Part shown: positions 20,105-28,332 of the stretch, piece after piece
How positions within the stretch are numbered: the stretch's first letter is position 1
Layout: the number at the start of each line of letters is the position of its first letter
Assembly (NCBI GenBank): GCA_963842945.1
Contig: CAWJIM010000019.1
Coordinates: 288,001-352,000, forward strand
Origin: an uncultured Gemmatimonadales bacterium
GTDB lineage: Bacteria > Gemmatimonadota > Gemmatimonadetes > Gemmatimonadales > GWC2-71-9
Direction: 5' to 3'
Length of the DNA: 64,000 bases
Made by a program: the position numbers and the translations under genes
The notes under the pieces: model-generated
Database searches by the model: none
Seen by the model: the letters and a program-made list of their open reading frames with translations, nothing else
Told to the model about the DNA's origin: nothing

Positions 20105-20898
20105 GAGGCGGCCTGGGTCATCGGCTTGAGATACCGATCGGTCACGATCATCAGCGCCTCTTCAGTCGAGAGCGAGACTCTGAGCTCGCCGGCTGTCACT
20201 CCGAACACCGCGCGCAAATGCATCTGCAGGGTTTTGGTCTTGCTGTAACCTAACTTGAGCGCCACGTCTTCGACGGTATACCCCGGGTCGAGCAGCAGGC
20301 GGTGGGCATAAAGCAGCCGGGTCAGCACCATCACCGTTCGGGGCGAAGGCAACCCCACCTTGGTAAACCACCGCTCGCAGGTCCGCCGGGTGAGCTGAGC
20401 CCGCTCGGCCAGAGCTGTGACCGTGGGCGCCTCGTCTCCTGCGTGCAGCATTGCCTCCAGCGCCCGAAGCAGCTCGCGGGGAAGCTGCTGGAGAGCCCCT
20501 CCCAGAGCTTGCATCACCTGTTGTGACGCGGATTGTTCCAACTCGGCTTGAATCGCGCTCCGGAGCGACGCGGGTGCGTCTTCGAACCGGTGGAAGACCA
20601 CCCGCCGGATTCCGGAGCGTCCGAGCTGGAGCAGCACGGATGCGGTGGCGGGAGCGAGCTCAGTGTAGACCAGGAGCGGCAAGGAAGGGAAGAGCAGCCG
20701 CAGCCGTTCTATTCCGTGGGCCTTGGCCTGACCACCGAGGAGGGGATCGACCACCGCCATTTCAACAGGCTTGGCCCGAATAGCGTCGACCACGTCGGGC
20801 CACCCAATCCCCGCCACCCATTGATAGCGGTCTGGATTGACCGAGCGAAGCCGGAGCAAGCGATCGGGAGGAACTGCTGCCAGGAGCAAATGTCGCAA
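20101..20898 (-). CDS. AraC/XylS-family regulator with a receiver-like N-terminal domain
   Basis: C-terminal double HTH (TVTALAERAQLTRRTCERWF...TVEDVALKLGYS). N-terminal AVVDP...LLVYT is REC-like. The TTG start at 20898 is inferred. Confidence 0.85.
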   Translation of the reverse strand: MRHLLLAAVPPDRLLRLRSVNPDRYQWVAGIGWPDVVDAIRAKPVEMAVVDPLLGGQAKAHGIERLRLLFPSLPLLVYTELAPATASVLLQLGRSGIRRVVFHRFEDAPASLRSAIQAELEQSASQQVMQALGGALQQLPRELLRALEAMLHAGDEAPTVTALAERAQLTRRTCERWFTKVGLPSPRTVMVLTRLLYAHRLLLDPGYTVEDVALKLGYSKTKTLQMHLRAVFGVTAGELRVSLSTEEALMIVTDRYLKPMTQAAS

Positions 20899-20932
20899 AT
20901 CGGCCCCTATCTGTCGCAAATGGGCCCTAATA
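20891..20932. promoter_or_regulatory. Direct repeat with 21-bp period, putative AraC-family operator
   Basis: TGTCGCAAATcGGCCC at 20891 and TGTCGCAAATgGGCCC at 20912, between the divergent regulator and peptide genes. Confidence 0.65.
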
Positions 20933-21007
20933 ACACCAAACAGGCATCCCCAGATTGGCGCAGCACTCCCCTCCAGGTACAAAACGTCATCTGAAAGGGA
21001 CCCTTAC

Positions 21008-21151
21008 ATGTCTCGTTCCACGATTTACGGCCTGGTACTCGCCCTGATCGCCTCTGCCGCCCTGAGCACCGCGTGCACCCGTAGCGATACTACTGGCCCG
21101 TCCGATCAGCCGCAGGCGTCGCTCCGGGAGGGCCAGGGGGCCACGAACTAG
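21008..21151 (+). CDS. 47-aa exported (lipo)peptide, putative signalling pro-peptide
   Basis: RBS GAAAGGGA at 20993-21000. MSRSTIYGLVLALIASAALSTA-C-TRSDTTGPSDQPQASLREGQGATN reads as signal peptide, lipobox-like Cys and a short polar tail. Confidence 0.75.
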   Translation: MSRSTIYGLVLALIASAALSTACTRSDTTGPSDQPQASLREGQGATN

Positions 21152-21196
21152 GCGATCGCCCCTGGCTTCCAAGGCGTGGACACCCACTGAAGCCGG

Positions 21197-22489
21197 CTAT
21201 ACGACGCCGGCCGCCGCGTATTCCCGCAGCCCCAGCTCGATCTCCCGAAGAGGAGAAATGTCGTCAAAGTGAGAGTTGGGCTGAGCGGCTGTTGGCGTTT
21301 CCACTTCCTCGCGCAGCTTCCGGATTGAATCCTCGACCTTGAAGTACCAGGCGTTCAGCTTGTGCTGCTCAGCGAATTGGAGCGCCACGGTCAGGAACAC
21401 CTCAGCGCGCTTGGTCTGGCCGAATCGGCCCAACCCGATCCCGAGTTTGTAGTTGTAGTCCACGCTCATGCTGGGGGACATGCAGTCGCGGTGCGCCTGC
21501 ACCGCGGCGCGCCAGCGCTCGAAGGCTACCCGGTTCCCGACCGAGGACTCCAGGTCCATGAGCTCAAGGAGGGCGTTGGCGCGGACCAGAACCCGGGCTT
21601 GTGACTTGGCCACAATCTCGAACGCGATTCGAGCGGCGTCGTAGGCCCCGATCTCGGACAACCCAAGCGCCAGGTCGCCCAGGCTGCGCATCCGCTCCAC
21701 CGGATCGGTGGTCAGCTGGAAGGCGCGATAATGAGCTTCAAGGCCTTCAAGACGTGAGCCTTGGAGGCTGTAGAGAACGCCAAGATCTGAGTATGCCATG
21801 ACCTGCACGTTGGTCAAACCGAGTGCTGTTGCCTCCTTCAAAACACTCTCGGCAATGGCCCGGGCCGCCGGAAGATTCCCTTGCCCGCGGAGCACTGCAC
21901 CACGGCCAAGCCGGCCGCGAAGTAGTGATGTCGGCTCGCCGATCCGGGCCGCGGTCTCTTCGGCGGCACCGTAACACCGGGTGGCCGCTTCCCACCGCGC
22001 GAGCTGCCGATTCAGCCTCCCAGCGAACAGGGCGTAGGCCGTGAAATCGCTGGGAGAAATGCCCTGCCCCTGCGCCCGCGCTGCGAGGGTGAGCATTTCC
22101 AGACTTTCCTCGAGCCGTGCCTCATGCTCCAGGAAGTAGGCGTAGGCGGTGAGATTTTTCCAAACACTCGGCGCAATGGCGGGGGCGAGGGGAATTGCCC
22201 CGACGATGCCAGTCAAGTGAGCTGTCTCAGGGGCGTTCTCGGGCAAATCGCCCACATGCCGGCGCACGGCTTGGAGCTGCCAGCGGAAGGCTTCGATGTA
22301 TTCCGGATTGGAGGAGAGCAGCAGCAGCTTGTCTACTAGACGGGCAACGACGTACGCACCCAGAGCAAGGCGAGCGGAGCCGTCATCGGCCTGCTCTCTC
22401 TGAACCCGGGCACGCTCGAGGAAGGGCTCGTGCGTGAGAATATCTGAAGACGACTCGACCTCACCGAACAGTTGCCGAGGCGTATACAC
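21197..22489 (-). CDS. Stand-alone cytoplasmic TPR protein (430 aa)
   Basis: Repeated TPR-like helices (LGRGAVLRGQGNLPAARAI; AYSDLGVLYSLQG; LGDLALGLSEIGAYDAARIAF). GGAAGG RBS before the GTG. No signal peptide. Confidence 0.8.
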   Translation of the reverse strand: MYTPRQLFGEVESSSDILTHEPFLERARVQREQADDGSARLALGAYVVARLVDKLLLLSSNPEYIEAFRWQLQAVRRHVGDLPENAPETAHLTGIVGAIPLAPAIAPSVWKNLTAYAYFLEHEARLEESLEMLTLAARAQGQGISPSDFTAYALFAGRLNRQLARWEAATRCYGAAEETAARIGEPTSLLRGRLGRGAVLRGQGNLPAARAIAESVLKEATALGLTNVQVMAYSDLGVLYSLQGSRLEGLEAHYRAFQLTTDPVERMRSLGDLALGLSEIGAYDAARIAFEIVAKSQARVLVRANALLELMDLESSVGNRVAFERWRAAVQAHRDCMSPSMSVDYNYKLGIGLGRFGQTKRAEVFLTVALQFAEQHKLNAWYFKVEDSIRKLREEVETPTAAQPNSHFDDISPLREIELGLREYAAAGVV

Positions 22490-22659
22490 GTGCGCTTCCT
22501 TCCGTGTTCTGCTGAGCCCTCGTGGGTACAGCTAGTATTGCGGCCCTGGGCGAGCCACACAAGGGCCGGCGTTTGCAGGCGGCTACGGTCCGCCCTTTGC
22601 CGCCTCGCATCGCACAAAAACGGTGCCGGTCGAGAGCGAGTCCCGTCTATTCTGGGCTC

Positions 22660-23091
22660 ATGAAACGAGGCTTTACCCTTCCGGAATTACTGCTGGTCCT
22701 TGCAACAGCGGGCATCCTGATGGGTATTGCCATTCCCCAGCTCTCCCACGCGTGGGATCGGGTGCAGGTCCAGGCCGCGGCGTCTCACCTGGTGGCCGCG
22801 CATCAGCGTGCCCGCATCATGGCCATCGCGCGCGGAGTACCGCTCACACTCACCATAGATTCGGCAGCGCTCACCATTACACCACGTTCCGGAACCGTCG
22901 CGCTTTGGGCGGAACCCGGCCCAACACTTTTCGAGGTGTCTCTCGCGGGCCCGGCCCGGCAGGTAACGTTTTCACCGGAAGGGTTAACGCTGGGACTCTC
23001 GAACGCCTCACTACACCTCGTGCGCGGGTCGGCCACTCGCACGGTTGTGTTTTCCCGGCTGGGAAGAGTAAAGGTCATGAGAGAGCGCTGA
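22660..23091 (+). CDS. Prepilin-type protein, GspH/FimT-like minor pilin
   Basis: MKRG-FTLPELLLVL class III leader, ARIMAI, and C-terminal FSRLGRV. Confidence 0.85.
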   Translation: MKRGFTLPELLLVLATAGILMGIAIPQLSHAWDRVQVQAAASHLVAAHQRARIMAIARGVPLTLTIDSAALTITPRSGTVALWAEPGPTLFEVSLAGPARQVTFSPEGLTLGLSNASLHLVRGSATRTVVFSRLGRVKVMRER

Positions 23092-23257
23092 ACGCATGGA
23101 GGGCAGACGGCCCCTTCGGCGGGCGGCGGGCCCGGACGCCAGTTTTGGATCCGGGCCAGTTATTTCCACTTCAACCGGAGCCGGTCTGCCGAAAGACGGA
23201 GATCCACGTGGCACATGCTCGATTCCGTCATCTGGTACAGGATCACCGCCGGCCTCG

Positions 23258-23632
23258 TCAGCCGTCCTCCAGCTGGTACTTGCGAACTTTGTTGAGCAAC
23301 GTAGAGCGGGATATGCCAAGGATAAGAGCCGCCCGCCGCTTGTTCCCGGCCGTATGACGCAGGACAAGCGATAGGTGCCGCCGCTCTGCGGCTTCGAGAG
23401 AATCCGGCTCGGCCACGTCCGGCAAACTCAGCGCCTGCCGCACGGCCTCTCGGTTCATGCCGGGCTGCTTCAGATCCAGCAGCATCAGATCCACCTCGCC
23501 ATCCAGCTGCGCTGCCGCGCTGGCCGCAGAATCGGCGGCCAGGGTGGCATGCCCGCCTCCCCGGAGGATGGAGACGAGCTCCTCGAGGCAAACCGGGTCG
23601 TGGTGCATCACCAGGATGGTCATGGCTTTCAT
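23258..23632 (-). CDS. Truncated receiver domain fused to a Fis-type HTH
   Basis: ILVMHHD...DLMLLD, then SLEAAERRHL...GNKRRAALILGISRSTLLNKVRKY. No AAA+ domain. Confidence 0.8.
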   Translation of the reverse strand: MKAMTILVMHHDPVCLEELVSILRGGGHATLAADSAASAAAQLDGEVDLMLLDLKQPGMNREAVRQALSLPDVAEPDSLEAAERRHLSLVLRHTAGNKRRAALILGISRSTLLNKVRKYQLEDG

Positions 23633-23652
23633 CGGTGAAGAATAGCTTCCAT

Positions 23653-23691
23653 AAAAACGGAACGGCCGTCTAGTCGTGGCTAGACGGCCGT
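23653..23691 (-). terminator. Intrinsic terminator (minus strand)
   Basis: Perfect 12-bp inverted repeat ACGGCCGTCTAG/CTAGACGGCCGT, followed on the minus strand by TCCGTTTTT. Confidence 0.7.
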
Positions 23692-24022
23692 CCCCCGCAT
23701 GGACTACCCAAGGTCGTGGCACTACTGCCGCCGTTCTTCTCTCACCTGCCACCGGTTGGCTGGTTCGCCGCTCGGGAGGGCACGGTGAAGCCTTGGCTTC
23801 GATCCCCAGGCCGGATGGCCATCCCACCTGGTTCGTCTATGGGAGCGCTGCGAGTCGGATCGGGTCGCGGACCGACCCTTCGCACTGCACCCCGAGGCGC
23901 TAGATCGGGGCGGATGAAGCACGCGACTGGCTTCATCTGTTTGAGCCGGGGTGATCACCAGGATCAGCGATTGCCTGAGCCCTTGGTTGCGTCGGCACTC
24001 TCCCCTGATATCCCGCTCAAAC
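23653..24022 (-). ncRNA. Candidate structured RNA or long regulatory leader (unassigned)
   Basis: At least six consecutive hairpins in a region with no convincing ORF, ending in a terminator. Confidence 0.4.
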
Positions 24023-24237
24023 CCACTCGCAAGTCGCCCTGAAACCTGAGTCCCAGCACGTACCTGTAAGCGCGTGAGCCTAAGATAGGAACCCGACAAA
24101 ACGCCGCAAGTGCCTATCTTTCTTCGGGTTACGACACTTGGCGTGGGGACGGATGTGGATAGCTAAACACTGGGACCGGAGTACCATAACTCGGTCCATC
24201 CACAGAATGTGGACATGTGAATCCACATCGTTGTGGC

Positions 24238-24798
24238 TTAGTGGGAGGGTCCGGCGCTGACTCCGAGGGGTAAAACTTGGATGCCCATGGTGCCCAGGAA
24301 CTCGCGCAGCACCTGCTCGTAGCTTCGCATAGCGCCCTGAACCTTCGTCGCGCGGTCGTTGCCGTAGCCCCGTACCCGTTCGGCTTCTCCGGGCTTGCTC
24401 ATGGCAGCAAACTCGGTCTCGCAGGTGCCCAGAGCTTGGGTGAGATGGTCCATTGCTTGAACCAGCTCCTGGCGTCGCTCCACCTTGACCGGCTGACTCA
24501 CCTCGGTGCGCTTAACCGCCAACCGAGTTGGCGGAACCGTGCGGCCGGAACGAGCGCAGGCCTCGTACATCTGCTGCGCCCGGGAGAGCAGGGATGGTCC
24601 GGAGGCCTCCCGGTAATCCCGCTGCAGCCGTGCCGCCGCGCCGTCGACGGTCACCAATGAATCGCGGAGGACCAGAACGGCATCGCGCAGCGAAGCCCGA
24701 GCGGAGTCGAGTGGAGGAGGGGAACGAAGCACCGTCTGCGCCGCCAGTCGCTCTCCGCCCAGCATGGCCAACACCAGCAACCCAACCGTTCGTCTCAC
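24238..24798 (-). CDS. Exported alpha-helical hypothetical protein
   Basis: GTG start gives the signal peptide MRRTVGLLVLAMLGGERLAA-Q. Start overlaps the corrected stop of the upstream gene. Confidence 0.65.
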   Translation of the reverse strand: MRRTVGLLVLAMLGGERLAAQTVLRSPPPLDSARASLRDAVLVLRDSLVTVDGAAARLQRDYREASGPSLLSRAQQMYEACARSGRTVPPTRLAVKRTEVSQPVKVERRQELVQAMDHLTQALGTCETEFAAMSKPGEAERVRGYGNDRATKVQGAMRSYEQVLREFLGTMGIQVLPLGVSAGPSH

Positions 24799-25405
24799 GA
24801 TTCCATCCCCACTTCGATATAGCGGTAATTGGGCTCGCCTCGACCGTCGAGAACAGGCAGCCTGCCGCGCCGGCGGCAAACCAGCCCGCCACCAGCGGGC
24901 GGGGAATGTCGAGTTGCTGGATAATCGGTCCAAGCCAGCGGCGCAGGTGCCGAATCTCGGGTGCCCGCCTGCCCAGCAAAGCAAGCAGAGCGCCGGCTCC
25001 GGCAGTGGCTCGTAGAAAGTGGGCCAGGCCGTGGGCCCGCTGAGTGAACTCGACCGCTTTGACTCCCGGCTCATCGAACAGAATGGCGCCCTCGAACACA
25101 TCCATGGGCGGAGCATCCAGCCGCGGCCCCAGGTAGACGTAGCGTCGGCCGTCCTGGGATTTACGCTCGATGACGGCGGCAGCGGTCTCGCTGGTGAGCC
25201 GGGCCGCATGGAGCAGGTCGTCATCCTGAAGGATTCCAACGGCGCCGGTCCACTCCAACGCTGCCAACGCGGTCTCGACCGGACACCCCAACGCATCGTC
25301 GAAAGCGAGCAGTCGGGGCGCCTCACCCGCGCGAAGCACGAAGTGGGACAGGCCTTCGGCCCGGTCCGTGAAAGTCCGGACGACCAGGGTTTGAGCAGAG
25401 GACAT
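24795..25405 (-). CDS. Hypothetical protein with internal duplication (probable frameshift near 24838)
   Basis: FTDRAEGLSHFVLRA recurs as FTQRAHGLAHFLRA. Adding one G gives ...VEGEPNYRYIEVGMES* with a GTGA overlap to the next gene. Confidence 0.65.
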
Positions 25406-25423
25406 GAGAAGAAATATAGCGGC

Positions 25424-27412
25424 TTAAGGCACCAACTCCGATTTCGACTCCACCTTCACGATCCACAGACCGGAGTTGATATCGGGGACGTAGATCAATC
25501 CGTTCCGGTAAATCGCGCCCCACGCGTTCGGGGCGTTGGGAACCACGCCATCGCGATCCCCGGTGACCACGTGCGCCATCTCGCGACCCTGCCGCAGGAG
25601 GTCGCCCCGAAGCTCTCCGGAGATATCGATGACCCGAAGGCCGCCCTGGTAATCGCCAAGGTACAGCGTATCGCCGGCTACCCACACGTTGTGGCTCCCG
25701 CCGTCCTTCGGCTCGTAATAGGCGACTTCCCGGGGGCGTTCCAAATTCGATACGTCGAGCACGTGGAGCCGCCCGTAGGCCCGGCCCAGGCCCACGACCC
25801 CACCGCCCTCGGTCGGGCGTGGTGTAGCGGAAAAGACCTCGTCTCCCACAAAGACATACTTGCCCGCCCGCCAGGCGGTGTGGGTCCCCCGGATGAACCC
25901 CGGTCCGCCGACCGCTTCCACCTCGCGATACAGCGCGTTCAGATCGTACTTGTACTGAGCCACCAGCTGCGGCTTCTCCGGGCTTCCCTGCTTGATGCCG
26001 TTGCCTACATCGAGGATCACCAGGCCTTCATTCCAGTAGCTCAGATAAGCCAAACCATCCTTCACGTCTATATCGTGGAGGAAGTTGCCGGCCTCGTCCG
26101 GCCGGGTCTGCCAGCGAGCCACTTGTTTCGGCTTGTAGGGATCACGGATATCGATGACCCGGAGTGACCCGGTGGCATCATCGGTCAGGTAGACATGCCC
26201 CCGGTAGATGAACGTGCTGTGTACCCCGCCGGTGACCGTCTCGGTGAACTCGGCGATCGGTTTGGGATGCGCCGGATTCTCGAACGAGAGAATCACAATA
26301 CCGTTCTTCCGGGTGGACGCGCCCTCGCGGGTGAGTACGCCGTACTTCCCGTCTTCCGTCGTCATCACGTCGTTGATAGTGCGGGCGTCTACCACCACGG
26401 AGTCGGTGATGGCCGGCGCCGCTGGATTGCTTACATCGACGGCGTAGATCCGGTCGCCAATGGTGCTGATGTAGCCGTGCCGGCCGTCGGGATGGAGCCA
26501 GAACTCGGCGGCCTGAAGCTTCAGCGGAAGCCTTCCCACCAGCGTTGCCGGCCGACGGGCGTCCCGGGGCCGTACCTGTACCGCCGTCTCGGCAACGCGC
26601 CCGGCGAATCGGGCGGTAACCCGATAGCTGCCGGGAACGTCAGCCACGAAGGTACCGGCCGGCTCGATTTGCCCATTGCCTGGACTGAGCTCCCACTCAG
26701 GCATGATGTCGGGCAGAACCCGCCCAGCCTTGTCCCGGGCTCGGGAGGTGAATCGAACGACTTCGCCGGTTCGAGCGGAGGCCACCTCCGGCTCGATCTG
26801 CAGCGACACGACCGGGTTGGCGACCACCTCGATGGTCTGAGAGCGGGTCGCGTTTCCCGCCCGCGCGGTGACTGTGGCCCGCCCGGAACGCCCCGCGGTC
26901 AGCCGCCCCGTCGCGGCGACCGACACCACCGCGGGATTGTCCGACTTCCAGAGCACCTCGTCATAGCGCCGGTCGTTGTTGGCCGCGTAGGGCGTGGCCT
27001 CGAGCGTGAGGGTTTGTCCCTCATAAAGCCGGGAAATCTCGCGGTCGAACGAGAGCTTGGCCGCCGGCTGCGGCAGAACGGTGACCCGGGCAAAGCCGGC
27101 TGCCGGCGCACCTCCTGATTTGCGGCTGACCAGGGCGCTGACTGTCAGGGTCCCGGTCGATCCGCCGGTGACCAGCCCGGTGGAGTCCACCTTTCCCTCG
27201 AAATGCCCGCCCGATTGGAACCACCGTACCGTGATGTCCCGCTGAGGACGTCCGGCGGAGTCTCGCGCGCTGGCTCTGAGCCGTACGGTATCCCCGACTT
27301 GCAGTGCGACCTCAGCCGGTTCCACGGTGACTGCGGCAATCCCCGAGGTGGCGGAGGGTGACCCGGTCGGCTGCTGCTGCAGCGCGGCGACCATAGCCAG
27401 GAAAATCACCAT
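25424..27412 (-). CDS. Exported protein with Ig-like (Big_2) domains and an LVIVD-repeat propeller
   Basis: Three Ig-like repeats (WKSDNPAVVSV...G.ATVTA), then LRVIDI, LVILDV and LHVLDV repeats. Confidence 0.85.
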   Translation of the reverse strand: MVIFLAMVAALQQQPTGSPSATSGIAAVTVEPAEVALQVGDTVRLRASARDSAGRPQRDITVRWFQSGGHFEGKVDSTGLVTGGSTGTLTVSALVSRKSGGAPAAGFARVTVLPQPAAKLSFDREISRLYEGQTLTLEATPYAANNDRRYDEVLWKSDNPAVVSVAATGRLTAGRSGRATVTARAGNATRSQTIEVVANPVVSLQIEPEVASARTGEVVRFTSRARDKAGRVLPDIMPEWELSPGNGQIEPAGTFVADVPGSYRVTARFAGRVAETAVQVRPRDARRPATLVGRLPLKLQAAEFWLHPDGRHGYISTIGDRIYAVDVSNPAAPAITDSVVVDARTINDVMTTEDGKYGVLTREGASTRKNGIVILSFENPAHPKPIAEFTETVTGGVHSTFIYRGHVYLTDDATGSLRVIDIRDPYKPKQVARWQTRPDEAGNFLHDIDVKDGLAYLSYWNEGLVILDVGNGIKQGSPEKPQLVAQYKYDLNALYREVEAVGGPGFIRGTHTAWRAGKYVFVGDEVFSATPRPTEGGGVVGLGRAYGRLHVLDVSNLERPREVAYYEPKDGGSHNVWVAGDTLYLGDYQGGLRVIDISGELRGDLLRQGREMAHVVTGDRDGVVPNAPNAWGAIYRNGLIYVPDINSGLWIVKVESKSELVP

Positions 27413-27465
27413 GCAGTTCCTCGAGGTAACCAGTGGAGGCGGACCCGGACGGGAGAATGTAAGTT

Positions 27466-27546
27466 AAGGACGGGAAGGACGGGAAGGACGGGAAGGACGG
27501 GAAGGACGGGAAGGACGGGAAGGACGGGAATGACGGGAAGGAGGAG
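27466..27546 (+). repeat. Tandem 9-mer (AAGGACGGG) array
   Basis: Seven perfect units, one AATGACGGG variant, and a final AAGGAGGAG unit that serves as the RBS of the next gene. Confidence 0.95.
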
Positions 27547-27552
27547 TACCCG

Positions 27553-28074
27553 ATGAGGGTGGAGTGGACGTCCTACGACTCACCCGTCGGTCTACTGACA
27601 CTGGTAGAGTGCGAGGCGGGTCCGCTCGTCATCGAGTATCCCAATCGGGCGGTGACGATCAAATGGGCGGTCCGGCTCCGGGCTGCCGTGCCCGAGCTCC
27701 ACATCGCCCAGGGCAGTTGCCGGGTGACCAGCTCCTGGCTCAACGACTACTTTGCGGCATCTCCCAGCCCGACACCTTCCCTCGACCATCTGAAACACTG
27801 GTTCGATCTCTCGCCGGCGCAGATGGCCGTGCTCCGGGCGCTCCGCAAAATCCCCTTGGGCGAGACCCGCTCGTACGACGACCTCGCGCGCATCACCCAC
27901 CTCCACCCGCGACAGATCGGTTGGTTGGTTGCCGCTAATCACTTGGCCATTCTGGTTCCCTGTCACCGTGTGGTGGGGAAGGACGGAAGCCTGGTGGGCT
28001 ACGGCGGCGGGCTCGCCAAGAAGCGATGGCTGCTCGACCATGAGCTGCGAGCCGCCGGAGTGGTGTTGCGTTAG
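27553..28074 (+). CDS. ogt: Methylated-DNA--protein-cysteine methyltransferase
   Basis: SPVG, IPLGETRSY, PCHRV active site and GYGGGL..K..LL.HE. Confidence 0.9.
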   Translation: MRVEWTSYDSPVGLLTLVECEAGPLVIEYPNRAVTIKWAVRLRAAVPELHIAQGSCRVTSSWLNDYFAASPSPTPSLDHLKHWFDLSPAQMAVLRALRKIPLGETRSYDDLARITHLHPRQIGWLVAANHLAILVPCHRVVGKDGSLVGYGGGLAKKRWLLDHELRAAGVVLR

Positions 28075-28146
28075 TTGACTGCCAGAGTGACAAATTTTGC
28101 AGCAGTGGGGGGCTCGCCTCTGGACCAATGGCTAGGGTCGACTCCA

Positions 28147-28175
28147 TTGACAAAATCATTCCCAAGCATGACCTT
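28147..28175 (+). promoter_or_regulatory. Putative sigma70 promoter for csp
   Basis: TTGACA-N17-GACCTT in an AT-richer intergenic stretch. Confidence 0.45.
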
Positions 28176-28222
28176 ATGGCATGCAATACGCTGTGCCGCC
28201 CTTCCATTTCTGAGTAAGCTTG

Positions 28223-28255
28223 AGCCGCCGGACGCTGATCCGGGCGGCTTTTTTT
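28223..28255 (+). terminator. Terminator-like hairpin in the ogt-csp intergenic region
   Basis: AGCCGCCGGA...TCCGGGCGGCT followed by a T-tract. Confidence 0.7.
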
Positions 28256-28332
28256 AGGGGTTTTTAACCCGGCCAACCCGGCTGGGGGTTCCCCCCGGGG
28301 CCTGAGGGCTCCCTTTTCAAGAGGTTGCAGCA

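Noticed and set aside
20837..21151. 104-aa version of the peptide ORF from the ORF track
   Set aside because: The upstream TTG overlaps the AraC gene, and the RBS and signal peptide fit the ATG at 21008.
23795..23812. TTCGATCCC as a tRNA T-loop
   Set aside because: No cloverleaf, acceptor stem or CCA end could be built around it.
23971..24005. Canonical glycine riboswitch call
   Set aside because: The motif order is similar, but the P2 stem and the GAAGG core are missing and no glycine-related gene follows. It is kept only as part of the unassigned RNA finding.
27466..27546. Repeat array as a possible CRISPR
   Set aside because: Units are 9 bp and contiguous, with no spacers and no cas genes.
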